Notes under the pieces: model-generated
Seen by the model: the letters and a program-made list of their open reading frames with translations, nothing else
What the model was told of the DNA's origin: nothing
Database searches by the model: none
Translations under genes and position numbers: made by a program
Assembly (NCBI RefSeq): GCF_018350175.1
Contig: NC_058382.1
Span: 53,942,001 to 54,006,000 of the forward strand
DNA: 64,000 nt
From: Felis catus
Lineage: Eukaryota
Direction of reading: 5' to 3'
Shown: one piece after another, positions 47,566 through 60,795 of the stretch
Layout of the letters: every line of letters starts with the position of its first letter
Numbering within the stretch: position 1 is the first letter of the stretch

Positions 47566-50500
47566 TGGATGCACAAGAGTAGAGCGGGCAATTAGGAACC
47601 TCTTCATCTAGTGTAATATCCGGCGAGGGAGACCGGACACAAAATGTGCTTCCAGAGATGCAGCTGTGAAGAGAGCTGGTGCCTCAGGTGGGGAGAAGGC
47701 CACTGGGAAGCACCCTCCGTATAAAATGCCTGGGCCAGACGTGCCATCGGTGACAGTCCTCTGCTTCCCGGTTTCATCCTCTTCAGAGAAGAGAGTGAAA
47801 TAAAGGAGATGACTGGATCATTATGGAATATAGCAGGCCATGAAACTCCCCGATTCCAGGAAGCCTGAAGACACAGCCAGGGAGGTGGGGACCCAGGGCC
47901 TGGGGAGAGGCTGCAAAGGGTGAGTGGCCCAGGGCCAGACCTGGTGTCACAGGATGGGATGGAAACAGATGAGGGTGACACCCCAAGCAAAATCCGAGCC
48001 TGCAGCCGGCAGCAAAGTGGTCAGGGAAGTGTTTTCCGAAACGCGCATGTGCATTTGGCCTCCTCCGTGCAGTCTGGCACACCACAGCAGCTGACAAAGG
48101 CCACAGGACCAAAGAGCTGCCAGGAAAGACAAGGAAGCAAATTAACTCAAGGAGTTTTTTCTGCTTAGGTGGGGATTTGCTTCCTGACGCACAGCAGTGT
48201 CGAGGAGAACCATCCCCCAATCCAGACCGGGTGGGGGCAGAAATCCGTAACGATCATGACACAGGAGGATAAAGGGGGTCCCGCTCACAGAACCGGTAAT
48301 CCCTTCTTCCCTGCGTTTGGATGGGCAAAGCAGCAGCCTTCGCGCTTCGTGGCGGAGAGGGAGGGACACGAAGACAGTGAAGGAAGCAGCCCACGGCAAA
48401 CGTCCGCGAGCAAGCCCTCATTTAGGCCCTGGACTTGGATTCCACTGTCCCAGAGGAGTCTCAGACACCATTCCCATGGGATCATGAGACACAGGGGTGC
48501 CTGGTCCCCCAGATTCCCAGGGAGGGGAGGGGGAAGAGACAGGAAGCCATGAGGGGAAGAAGAGAAGAACAGAGAGAAACCCAGAGCAAAGTGCTTGGGA
48601 GCAGGAAGATCCAGAGTTCATTCATTTTTTCACGGAGTAAACATGTACTCACGGAGCATTTTCTCCGCACCAAGCAGTGGACAAGGACATCACGGGCACT
48701 CTGCTGTATTATTTCCTTCACATTCTTTGAAAACTGAATCCTTTCCTTTTGGGATGTAGAGCAACTATTAGCTAAAACATTGTGTTATATAGGATGCAAC
48801 CCTCCACCACACCTTAAACTTTAGACCAGAGTCGACTTCTTATGAAGCAAGAGACTGGAAGTTCCTAAAAATGAACGCCTTCCCCAAGAAAGAGCAACCC
48901 TGCCCAGTCCCCTTCTCAACACCTGACATCACCCCTTTCTCCTGTCCCATCACCCAGCTTCCTCAGTGCTTTTCCTCCATGCTTTCAAAAAGAGACAAAA
49001 ACATTACCTATTATGCCGGCACATCGCATCAAACCATGGGCTAAATCCTGAATGGGCCTTCGTGAATTTCATCCTCACTGCATCCTGGTGAGACACGTGC
49101 CACGGTGGCCACATTTACCAGAGAAGTGACCGGCGCTCAGAGAGGGCAAGCGGCTGACGAAGTGGGAATAAATTCAGCTCCCGATGCGGAGGCACCGCTC
49201 GGCAGCGACAAAACCAATCACACAGGAACATCCGTTGCTTGTAAAAGCCTCAAGAAGGGTCTGCACACGTCCCTACCTTATCACCATGAGTTTTAACTTA
49301 AAAAGGGAAGAAAGACTTCTTTGGAGCCTTGATGGCAAAACCCTGAGCCTCAGTGAGTAGGCTGTAGAATATTTTACGAAAAGGGATTCCCCAATATACC
49401 AGGAAATGGAGAATCGTGCCTCACACATACAGCTTACATCCGTCTCAGTCTCAGCTTGCTTCCCTGTAAAATGGGCATCACGAAAATCCCCACGTCCTGC
49501 ATTGGTGAGGAAATTCACTAAGATGACTCTCTGTGAGTCCGCTGCATATATAGGGCGCCCTCAGCATTTCTCGGTCTTGAGCCCCACACCGATGGGACAG
49601 AGGAATCATCCACTACACGGAATTATTCTTTGCACAGCACCTGTCGTAACCAAATCAATAAGCTAGCGATCTCGATGGTCTGTCTACCGCGCAAAACCAA
49701 CTCTCCCTGTGCCTGTTGCCTTCTGTTCTGTGATCTTAGCCGAAGTCGACCAGAAGGCAGCATGTTTAGCCGTGCCGAGTGGAGGGTCCCAGCCAAAGAC
49801 ATCACTAGCCGTCCTCTTGGAAAAGTGGTCTACCCGCCAAAAGATCACAGAAATAAACGTTCCACGTAGCCTGGGTGACTCCGCTGACGATTGCAGTTGA
49901 TGGGGTGACGTGGGAAGGGGAGATCTCCCTGGTGGTACCTCTAAAATTTCCCACAGGCCTGGCTGAGGCTATCTCAGAGCTCTTGACCCTCACTACCATC
50001 ACCACGTATCTGTCAAACGCTTAGCTTACAGTGCTCGGGGACCGGGCTAAATGCTTTACTTGCACGATCCCACTCAGGCCTCATTTCAGCTCACTGAAGT
50101 CCAAACTACTAATAGGGAAACTGAGTCAGAGCTTAGGTGGCCTGTCCAAGATCAAGGACTTGGGCATGGTACAGCCTGGACTGGCAAATATGTTGGTAGG
50201 GCTCTTTAGCCTGTGCTCTGAATACCACTATCCGTCCTCTCCCCTCCCGCTGGGCCTGGGTTGCAGGTGCTGAGGCGGCCCTTGGTCGGCACCGGCCGGC
50301 CCATCCTGCAGTCTCCCGCCCTGCATGGCTGGGAGGGTCCAGTTTCAAGGACGGGCCGGAGAGAAACCCAGGGACCACTGGAAAGAACACCCTCCCCTTA
50401 CCAGACAGCTTCAAGTTCCTTTAGAGTTTGAAGAGAGGCAAACAAGAAAAAGTTGGAACGGACACTGATTCCGTCCAGAAGTGGGTCACCTTAGGGTGGG

Positions 50501-51689
50501 TGGCCAAACCAGCTCCCTGCAGAGCACTGTCATCACCTTTTGCAGATCAGCAACAGAGCACATGTTCCTCCAATCTGTTCAATCTCTGCGTTTTTAAATA
50601 AACTCTCTAAGTCAGGCCTTTTATGCCCTTCCTCTCCCAAATGCTTCCTGTTCACCGGCTCACAGGTGTTTGGCGGCTTGCATTCGTTTCCCTTTGTCTT
50701 TGCCTCTGCCAACGGCAGTGCTGTCCCGGCTCCCATTCGGGCCGTGGACCGCGTACGGGGCACCGGCTGCCTCGTGTGGATCTCCCACCGCGGCGTAAGT
50801 CAAGTGTTATTCCTCTCATTTTGCAGACTTAAAAAAACTAGCTCAGAGAAGCTAAATAACTTGCCCGTCACCACAGGGCTACTGAAGTGGCAAAGTTGGG
50901 ACTCTGAACCTTCAACCGTCCTAAGGCAAAGCCCGTATCCCCAACCCTCTGCGAACACAAGAAGACTTAACTGTACGTGACTGTCCCATCTTGTGGTGGA
51001 GTTACAGGAACCTCAAAGAATCAGACCTCATCCACCCCCACTCAGCACAGGAGTCCAACTAGTTAAACACCTCCAATTTTTCTCTGGAAAGAAATAACCT
51101 TAATACGAAGGCTCTTCAATTACTCTGTGCAATTAAGTCCTGAGTGCTTGTTTGAACAATTAACCAAAATAATTATAAATGTATCTCTGTTACTACAATT
51201 GCATATTAACAAAGGCTCAGGGCCAATTAATCATTACTCCATCAATATCTCATTTGCATAAACCTATTCTCTTTAAAGACTCCATGTTTGGGGTGACAGG
51301 GCTCCCTCATCGATTATGGAAATATCCCCATCAAACTTCCCCGAGGCCGTCAAAAGGAATAAAAGGGGTTGTCTGTTGTGGGCTTCTTAGCACCCCTGCC
51401 CGGCCCTCCCAGGGACAGGCAAGGATAGAGAACAAAAGGGAAGAGATGCAGTGAATGTGCTGTTCTCCGCAGGAAGGGAAGACTGACAGGGCTCAGGTCA
51501 CGGGGGTGATAGGAAGACAGGGGCATCTGGCCGAGGTCAGGGGGAAACAAGCATCTGAGCCTTCTTTGGAGCCATGCAAATTCATTCATTCCGCTCATTC
51601 ATTTGTTCATCCAATAGATTCGTCAACAGTACCCAGTTCTGTGAAGTAGCGAGAGACTCTCCCTGTCCTCACCTGAAGCAGGTAGGCAA

Positions 51690-52030
51690 TTAACTCGATG
51701 TCTGAGCTTTCCCGATGCAGACAGTGAGACAGAGCTGAGGTGCGGATGTTTATTAGGAAGGGAAGGTCCAGGACCGGGCAGAGGGCAAAGGGGGCTGGGA
51801 GGCAGGTCGGAGAGGACCTCGGCTCACTGAGTAAGACGCCCTGGGGCAGGAACCACCTGCTGGGCTTGTCCCGAACCTGGGTGAAAGCACAGGGTCTTTA
51901 CCTGCCGCCTCGCTCAGTCGCTGGACGGGGGCTGCCCCAGCTTGCGTGGCTCGCCCACCATGTGCCACCTGGACGGCCTGCTACTGGGTATCCAGCCCTG
52001 CCTCCCAGCGGAGCTGGGCGGTGCGCCTCC
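51690..52030. mobile_element. ERVL LTR (LTR16/33-like) remnant
   Basis: gcagacagtgagacagagctgaggtgcggatgtttattaggaagg...ggtctttacctgcc. Confidence 0.5.
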
Positions 52031-53790
52031 GCGTGCGCTATGCTGAAAACTGCTACAGAGGATAACAACATACAGAGGCAAGGGAAGAACGGAGGCCACG
52101 GTACTACAGAGAAGAGGCCCCTAATGCCGTCCCAAGGGGCAGCGAGGTCAGGGTCGGCCTCTTGGAGGAGCTGACACGCAGGCTGAGATGGGAAAAATTA
52201 GCAGACCTTTCTCAGGTGAAGAGAACAAGGGAACAGTGTTTCAGGGAGAAAGATGTGCTGAAGCTTAGGGGGTAAAAGGTTGTCGAAGGGGGAAAATAAA
52301 AAGCAGACTGGGCTACAGACATGATGTAGGTGTTATTCAGGGTGGATTGTGGGACTACCCCTGCAACCCCTCTCCTCCTTCTTCATGATCGGTTTCTGCT
52401 CAAATGGGCTCCTCCGTTTCTCCAGAGGAAGGCAAGCTAAGGCACTGTCACCATGGAGACGTGTGCCAGGCAGGGTTCTGACGCATTCACCAACCTGTTT
52501 CCTGGACATGAGAGCAAGTCGTGCTGCTCAGCTGTTTACATCTAACTATAAATGGGAAACACATGAAAAAACCCATTAAAAATATGTAGACAGGTCTGCC
52601 TATATATCTTCATATTTGTATGTTGATGTAAGTATCGAAAAAGCTATAGAACACCATACATCAAACGTTCACATTGGTTCCCTAATGTGTAGAGGCTGAA
52701 GAAGGGGGGGAATGACTATTAACTTTTTCTTTCCTTTTTTTATTTTACCTGCTAAAACCAAGCATTTTTGTAAATGTTTTTGTATCTTAGAATTTAAATT
52801 TTGCACGTTTCAAAAAGAAACCATTGGAATTTTGTTTTTCAGGGTTTTATTTTGCTCGGCATCAATGGCCGTGTCTTCAGAAATCCAGAGCCTAACATTT
52901 CATTCAGCAAGCAGCCACCGAGGGCTCCTGGGTGCTGCAACGAGGTGGGTGAGACAGAATTCTGATCTCAAAGAGTCTAACAGCCTTACTAAAGGGACAG
53001 AATATTACATGATCAAAGCTGAATTACTGGTATTCGTCAGAAAATACTTAGAGCCTAAAATGAATTGCACTTAAGAGAAGTGACTGATGCGGAAAAAGCA
53101 GGCGACCAGAAATTGACCAAGTCCTATCTTCCCCTCTCATCAGTTGCTAAACGGCAGCATGTGCTTGCATTGTTATGTGTGAAAAGGGTGAAGAATGAGG
53201 AAGGAAGTCACCCCGATGTGTCCAGGTAAATGCTACAAGGTGGCCGCGTGGGGACAGCAGTCCCCACCCTTGGAAGGAGAGCTACTACCACAGCAAGGCC
53301 TCATCTTAAACAGCCCCGACATCTCAAACACAAGGATAAAAATAGAAGCCCCAGAAGGATTTAGCGAAAATAAAATGAAAGGTGAGAGCCCCAGAGGCAA
53401 CCCTGAACTTGCTGCAGAGGCAAAGTGAAGTGCAAGCTGATGGGCCCCAAGGTCAAGGGTAGGAAGCTTCACTGGAGGCGAGAGCTTAGGAAGGGGGCAG
53501 CTTGACCTGGCCCCAGGGTGGACAGGAGGATATGAGGACCAGATGACAATAATGATTATAACAAGGATCAGGCTTCACTCAGCCTTACAGATGCTTCGAG
53601 AAACTCTCAGTCGTGCAAAACAACCAAACCCGCCTGACTCAGGAAAAGCAGGGGGAACGTTTTACACTAAATACTATTCGAGATCTGTCACCAAGAAATA
53701 TCTTCAACTGATTCCTCATACTCCTTGCCCTGCAGCAGAGGTAGCAAGGACAGTCTTCAAAGAACCTGGTCCCACACAAATACTTCTGAA

Positions 53791-53898
53791 TAAGCACGGC
53801 AGCAGGCCTGCTGTATACACAGCATCAGGACTCTTCAACTCAACTAAGCACAACAGCAGGCCTGCTGTATACACAGCATCAGGGCTCTTCAACTCCAC
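53791..53898. repeat. 54-bp tandem duplication
   Basis: Units at 53791 and 53845 (taagcac..cagcaggcctgctgtatacacagcatcagg.ctcttcaactc.ac). Confidence 0.93.
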
Positions 53899-54540
53899 TG
53901 GAACACCACTCCATTCCAGACATCCAAGCAGAAAGCCACACAGGAATTCCTGTCCCTGAAAAATTCATGAGCTAGTTGGCAAAGACCATAATCTAAACCC
54001 ATCATTCTTGAACCTGGTTGTTCATGTGAAATAACTGGGGATCAATTGCAGGGCCCCATCCCCAGGTCCCCAAAGTTACTGATGTTGAATCTCTGGGGGG
54101 AGGAGACTATGAATCATTTAAGCGAAAGTTCTCCAGGTGGTGTGATTGATTGGCTGGTTTTAGGGAAAAATGTGGCATTTTTTTTTTTCAGAGAGAACAT
54201 CTCCCCGGTTAACATTTTTCTAGCAGAACACTATTGGTTTTTAATACTCAAACTTCAAGAATGTAACTACTTCTCCAAAAATATGCAACTATTTCTCACC
54301 ATTATTCTACCAGTGTTTATCAAGGAAAATATATATTCACATCCCCAAAACTCTGGGCAACATATTTTTTAAAAACAATGTGCAAACAAAGAATTGCATG
54401 ACCTTCCAGACAAAAATCAGCATAATGTCAGAATGACATGTAGATATTTTAAAGAGCTAGTTGAAGGCCAACAGATGGGACACACGTCTCAGATGTGGCT
54501 GCACTAAAATACGTTACAGACTCAAATAAAAAAAAAAAAT

Positions 54541-54772
54541 GGGACACCTGGGTGGCTCAGTCAGTTAAGCTTCAGACGTCAGCTCAGGTCATGATCTTGC
54601 TGTCCGTGAGTTCAAGCCCCGCATCGGGCTCTGTGCTGACAGCTCAGAGCCTGGAGCCTGCTTCGGATTCTGTGTCTCCTTCTCTCTCTGCCCCTCCTCC
54701 ACTTGCTCTCCCTCTCTCTCTCTCAAAAATAAATAAACATTAAAATAATAATAATAATATTAATAATAATCA
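54541..54772 (+). mobile_element. CanSINE (first of a tandem pair)
   Basis: Head, body, (AAT)n tail. Confidence 0.95.
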
Positions 54773-54774
54773 TA

Positions 54775-54996
54775 GGGGCGCCTGGGTGGCTCAGTCGGTT
54801 AAGCATCTGACTTAGGCTCAGGTCATGATCTTGCGGTCTGTGAGTTCGAGCCCTATGTCAGGCTCTGTGCTGACAGCTCAGAGCCTGGACCCTGCTTCGG
54901 ATTCTGTGTGTCCCTCTCTCTCTGCCCCTCCCCTGCTCATGCTCTGTCTCTCTCTCAATAAAAAAAAAATAAACATTAAAAAAATTTTTAATAAAA
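54775..54996 (+). mobile_element. CanSINE (second of a tandem pair)
   Basis: ggggcgcctgggtggctcagtcgg head, body, A tail. Confidence 0.95.
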
Positions 54997-56934
54997 TAAA
55001 ATACATTACAGCCTCACAGCAGATAAGACAACCTGTCGATAAATAACATCTGTATGATCTGTTGGTGTTCAAATGCAAACTTTTAAGCATTTTACACTCT
55101 AACATGACAGCTTATGGCATCTATGGGTATTTTACTGAGTCTTCATTATGATTTAAGCAATGTGTCAAGGCTTTGGGGTTGATATATAATGCCATACAAT
55201 TTTTCCCATTGGAAAAAAGTCACAGGATCCAGGCCCCTGGTGAACATGTTCAAGCAGTGTCTAAGGTGCGGGTGTGGATTATTGGCATTAAAGGGGAGAC
55301 GAGCAGGACTGAAACCCAGGGTGGGGCTCACAGCCATCAGGAGTCACATTCAACCCAGGGAGAGATAAACTCACCGCGAGCACCTGGGAAGCCACCACAG
55401 AGCCCCTGACACTGGCACTCGGCCTCAGCGGGTGGGGAGGTATTTCGTGGTGAAGAGAGGAAAGGAGGAAGAAGACAACATTTCAGGAGGAGGGAGAATC
55501 CCATGGGAAGGCAAAGATTTTTGAAGAAGTGTGCTGTTTCCTAGGGTACAGGACTCTATCTGGGGCCTAGAGTGTGTGAAGGACTGGGCAGGGGGCGTGC
55601 TGTGAATCTGTCCACGCGCTCACATAGGCATGAAGCACATGTCTGATGAGCACCTACTACGTGCCAGCCGCCGAAGACTGAGGGGAGGAAAAGTGACTAG
55701 CAAAAAAAAAAAGCCAAAATAATCATGATTTTGTCCCTAAAGTGGTTTCTGTCCCGTGGTGCATATTTAATTACGGTGAGGATACAGACTACAAATACAT
55801 GCTTTGAAGGAGGTGGCGGGTGGAGAGACCCAAACTGGTGGTGGGGGGGAGGGGGGAGCAGTCATAGGAGAACTCAGGGAGGATTTAATTTTCAAGATGG
55901 AATCTGACGAATGGGTCCCAGCCTTTTTTTTTTTTTTTTTTTTTAATAGGATACGGAAACATTTGAACACTTTAAATGAACTATGGTTTGGGTGGGCATA
56001 ACATAGGAAATACCTCCTGTTTATCCATTTTGGCAGGCTGTACTGTCCAGAAGTCCAGAACGGACTGCCAAGGAACACAGGGGTGTGCTTAAGACAGAGT
56101 AGGGAGAGGCTGAGAGGCATGGGAAGGGGGCCTGTTAATGCAAAACCAGACACACAGAGGGGCAGTTTCTATAGTGGCTGTAGCCTAGCCCACCTGGATT
56201 AGTGCTCTCTGGCCGTCACCAGCCAAGACCTCCAGCAGCAACTGGTCTGGATTCGAGGGTGGGCAACATGGAACACAATATGCTAGTGATGAATTTTCTC
56301 TCTGCAACTAATGAATATTACACCTCGGGGAGCAGCTCAGAGTAGTACCAGTCTGCTCTGCCTCCTGGAAAGCACAGGTGGTTTCGATGTGACCTTGGAG
56401 AAGAACAGAAACAAACCGAGTAGGTGTCATTTGCACACCTCGGCTCCCCAAAAAGTTCATTTTAAAGCCTGCCAAGTCTGTAAAGATGTAGGGCTGCCTT
56501 ATACGTGCATTTATTCCACAGCTGTTCTCTGAATTCTACTACGTGCAAAGGACTATGCTGGCAAAGGATAGCAGGAAAGACACTGGGAGAAGCAGCTAAG
56601 TCACATGAAAAGGTCCTGAGGCTACAGGGAGCAAGGCAAGTAGGAGAAAACGCAAGACAGCCGTCGTGGCTCAAGGGCAGAGAGCCAAGGAGAGTGAGCC
56701 TTGAGAAGGGGGTGTAGGGGAACGAAAGGAGGCAGGTCCTGGTAGACCACCCACAAAAGATTATACTGAAAGGTTTTCAGCAGTGACAAGCTTAATGAGC
56801 TTTGCTTCCAAAAGATCATTCTGGCTGCACCAAGAACAGATCACAAGTAGATAGAGGAGGTGTGGGAGAGCCAGGGAGTTAAGACACGAATTTACCCATC
56901 ACACTAGGAGGTGATTGACTTTAGACCAGGACAG

Positions 56935-57122
56935 AGCTACTCAAAGCCAGGTTTCAGCCAGCAGTATCACCCCACGCCCAGGACCTTTGGAAAAGGAGAT
57001 TCCCAGGACTGACTGACCTGTACCTACTGAACCACAATTGTTGGGAGCTGGGCCCAAGCATCTGCATTTTAATCAGTTTACCTGGTGATTCTTACACACT
57101 CTCAAGTTTGAGAAGCACTGGA
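56935..57122 (+). mobile_element. MER5A
   Basis: gctactcaaagc...ggcccaagcatctgcattttaat...ggtgattcttacacactctcaagtttgagaagcactg. Confidence 0.8.
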
Positions 57123-57415
57123 TCTGGGTAGTAGTAACAGAGAGGGGGACACATGAAAATATATTTTGAAGAGTGAATGAGCGGATCTATAGGGAGTGAG
57201 GAATAAATTCTGGTGAATCAGAATAGTGTAGAACTTTATGGAACAATTCTTCTGAGTTAGAGGATGCATATACACGAAGAAAGGTACTTTTGGTGTAATT
57301 TTAAGTAAAAAAAGCAAAGTGCTGAGTAAAGAGCATAAAACCCCTTTTAAGAAGTACAGACATACATGACTGTAATTTATATATTTGTATGTTTACATAA
57401 GAATATAAGAAACTA

Positions 57416-57622
57416 GGGGTGCCTGGGTGGCTCAGTCGGTTGGGCATCCAACTTTGGCTCAGGTCATGATCTCACAGTTGGTGGGTTGAAGACCCATGTC
57501 GGGCTCTGTGCTGGCATCTCACGGCCTGGAGCCTGCTTCCAATTCTGTGTCTCCTTCTCTCTCTCTGCCCCTCCCGTGCTCACACTCTCTCTCTGTCTCT
57601 CAAAAATAAGTAAAAATGTTTT
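57416..57622 (+). mobile_element. CanSINE whose tail hosts a second SINE
   Basis: Outer TSD aagaatataagaaacta (57399-57415) / aagaatagaagaaacta (57878-57894). Confidence 0.95.
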
Positions 57623-57634
57623 TAAAAAGATTTA

Positions 57635-57859
57635 TTTTTTTTAATTTTTTTTTCAACGTTTTTTATTTATTTTTGGGACAGAGAGAGACAGAGCATGAAT
57701 GGGGGAGGGGCCGAGAGAGAGGGAGACACAGAATGGGAAACAGGCTCCAGGCTCCAAGCCATCAGCCCAGAGCCTGATGCGGGGCTCGAACTCACGGACC
57801 ACGAGATCGTGACCTGGCTGAAGTCGGACGCTTAACCGACTGCACCACCCAGGAGCCCC
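57635..57859 (-). mobile_element. Young felid CanSINE (SINEC_Fc-like), nested antisense
   Basis: Inner TSD taaaaagattta (57623-57634 / 57860-57871). Confidence 0.96.
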
Positions 57860-59478
57860 TAAAAAGATTTAAAAATAAAGAATAGAAGAAACTAGAGAAT
57901 ACTACACAACAAATGTTAACATCAGTTCCTTAGCAGAAACCGGCAAGTGTGGGGAGGGCTTATATTTCAATACACGCATTTTATTTACTTATTAAAACAA
58001 GCACTTTTAATAAATGCTTTTATAGCTTCAAACCAGAAAGAAGTCTTAGAATTATACAAGCACATAAAACGCTTACTGAGAATTCCAATACGAGTGGAGC
58101 ACCTGTGTCCAGACCGGGGTGAGAGGCCCGGGCACAGAGCACTCTGGACCTTTCTCCAAACCCACCCTTTGTCAACATCTGGGACTCTATTTCCTAAGTG
58201 CCTCATTTATATGGTTCCTAGGTTTGGAGAGATCATCACCAAACTAAGCTCGTTTATTCACGTGGGGCTCTGCTCTCATTAAACAGAGAATTTCTATTAG
58301 GCCTTTTTGAACATCAAAATTAACTTCGAGGCCCCCTTTTTGGGGTTCACAGAACAGGAAGACATTTAGGGTCCCTTTCGGCTGACCATAGCTCTGGTCA
58401 CGACGCTGTGGTTTCCCTTAGAACTTTCCATGAGGAGCATGGCCACCGGCAACAGGGGAAACGGACCATCGCCGGGCTCCATGCTCTGTGCTCACTAGGG
58501 CATGACCAAATGACAAAGGCCCACAGAGGCCGTTAGCTGTCCCCGAAGCATCACTGTTGGGGTGGAGGGGGGGGGAGGGGGAGGGAACTTTGAGTACAAG
58601 CAGGATTCTCCGCTCAAAAGAGCCAACTATGCTGATTCAAAAAAAAAAAAAAAGAAAACATTTTCAAAAACGCCTGTGGGTAAATTTGAGCTGCCCACAG
58701 CTCCCCAGGGGCATCTCGAACTTGCTGTCGAGCCATTTCTGTGGATTTCAGTCAAATTCTAATTTTAGTGTTCATTAAACACGGGTAATTCCCCAGCCGG
58801 TCCCTGCCTCACCTCGTACACAGAGTGCGTCGGCAATATAGGTCACCAAGGCTTCGAAAACACTCCCACATCAAAGACAAACCTTTTCATTATAAGCATT
58901 AACTTTCTAAATAATGATGAACTTGAAAAGTTTTCCAAAGCTGCAGGGTGGGTGTGAAGAGAGCTGGCATCCTCCTTGTGAATATTTGCATGAATGTGGC
59001 CTGTTATGGGGCTGACCGTTCACAAAGGTTTTGTGTTCCAGCAAGTGTAAGGCATGGAGGTATGTCTCCATCTATCCCCCATTTAGACTGATACTTATTG
59101 AGACCAATAATGTAAGGACACAACCGGAGTATGCGGTATTGGGAAAATACACTCAAGTATACGTGCACGCACACACACACACCCATCATGGACATGACAT
59201 GTCTAGAAAAAAGACTGCTTACTCAACATTTTAGGTCTTCTCATTATTATAAAGGCCAAATTCCTTATCAAAGTTGTATCAGTTAATATCTTTCAAGCTG
59301 AAAGTAACAGCAGCAACAACAACAAAGGGTGGCTTAGATCCTAAGGATACTTAATACTTTACAAAACATCCCAAATGAGTTGGCTCCAATCCTCTGGCTC
59401 ACAGCCTCATGATCACAAGATGGCTGCTGAAGTGCCAAACATCAATTCTTACACAAGAGTATCCATTTGACTGGGAAG

Positions 59479-59700
59479 TTTTTTTTTTTTTCATTTTTTT
59501 AATGTTTATTTTTAAGAGAGAGAGACAGACAGAGCATGAGCAGGGAGGGGCAGAGAAAGAAGGACACCCAGAATCCAAAGCAGGCTCCAGATGCTGAGCT
59601 GTTAGCACAGAACCTGATATAGGGCTTGACTTCACAAACTGTTAGATCATGACCTGAACCAAAGTTGGAAGTTTAACCAACTGAGCCACCCAGGCACCCC
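59479..59700 (-). mobile_element. CanSINE
   Basis: Antisense head caggcacccc, T tail. Confidence 0.94.
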
Positions 59701-60795
59701 TTGTTTGGCAAGTCTTAATCCCATGATCAACTGTCACATTAAGCAGCATTCAAAAATGTTTTCTCCCTCATTCACACCTTTGCGTATGCTGTTCCCTACA
59801 TGTGAACAGTCTCTCTTTTTCCTCCACACAGATAACCACCACTTATTCTAGGACACAGTGTAGGGTCAGCTCCTAAGACCTTACCCTGCAGTAGGCTACC
59901 TGTCTCTCCCACTTTTTTGCTATTATCATAGCATTTCTCCACCTTAGATGTAATTGCCCATTTATCTGTTTTCCGCCCAGGGGTTGATGAGCTCAATGAA
60001 ACAACAACTATGGCAGGAACTTCTCTGGTTTCCCTGTGCTTTACACGGGGCCTGACTTGTCTATACGTGTTGATGGAAGGAACAAGAAGTCGAAGAGAAT
60101 TGCCCAGGACCATGCTGCACTCAGAAAATCAAATCACTCTCTGTACAGGGCACAGGGGCAACTTAAGAGATGTATCTTTACCAAGGCACCGTCCAGAAGA
60201 TTGGACCCTGCAGACCTTCATTCCCGTCACCCTGTCTGGAGTGCTACTGAATGACCCTAAGAGGTTAGCACACCCCTTAAGCCCCACAGAAGAGTGATGG
60301 GACTTCAAAGGAGCTGTTGAAAGAACACGGACACTTCTGCCCCAAACGCTGGGATTGTGGTGGGGGATGGTGGGGGGTGGGTGGCCAGTGAGGTGGATAC
60401 AGCAGGATACTTAAGCTCTTTGTCCACTGGCATCCACTTGTCAGTTTCCAACAAAGGGCCTGGTTGTACGTCTGAGAGCAGGGCACATCTGTGGGTGGTG
60501 GCAGGCCCAGGGAGCTGGAGCGCTTCCCTTGGGGTCGACCTTCAGGGCCTGGTAGCACAGAGTGAGAGAGGAGGAGGAGGAGGAGGAGAGGGGGGCACTC
60601 CCTGGGCCAGGGCCAGGCAAGCAGAGAGGTTTCGGCCTCTGCAAGCACACAGGGCTGGTGTGAGAGAAGGCAAAAGACCTTGAGGCGTGAGAGATGTGGC
60701 TTCTAACGAAGAGAAGAGGTTGGCAAGCAAGAAGATGCTGCAGAGTGACCCAATCTCTCATTCCCCAAGAGGCAGCATTAGAACTAAACCAAACT

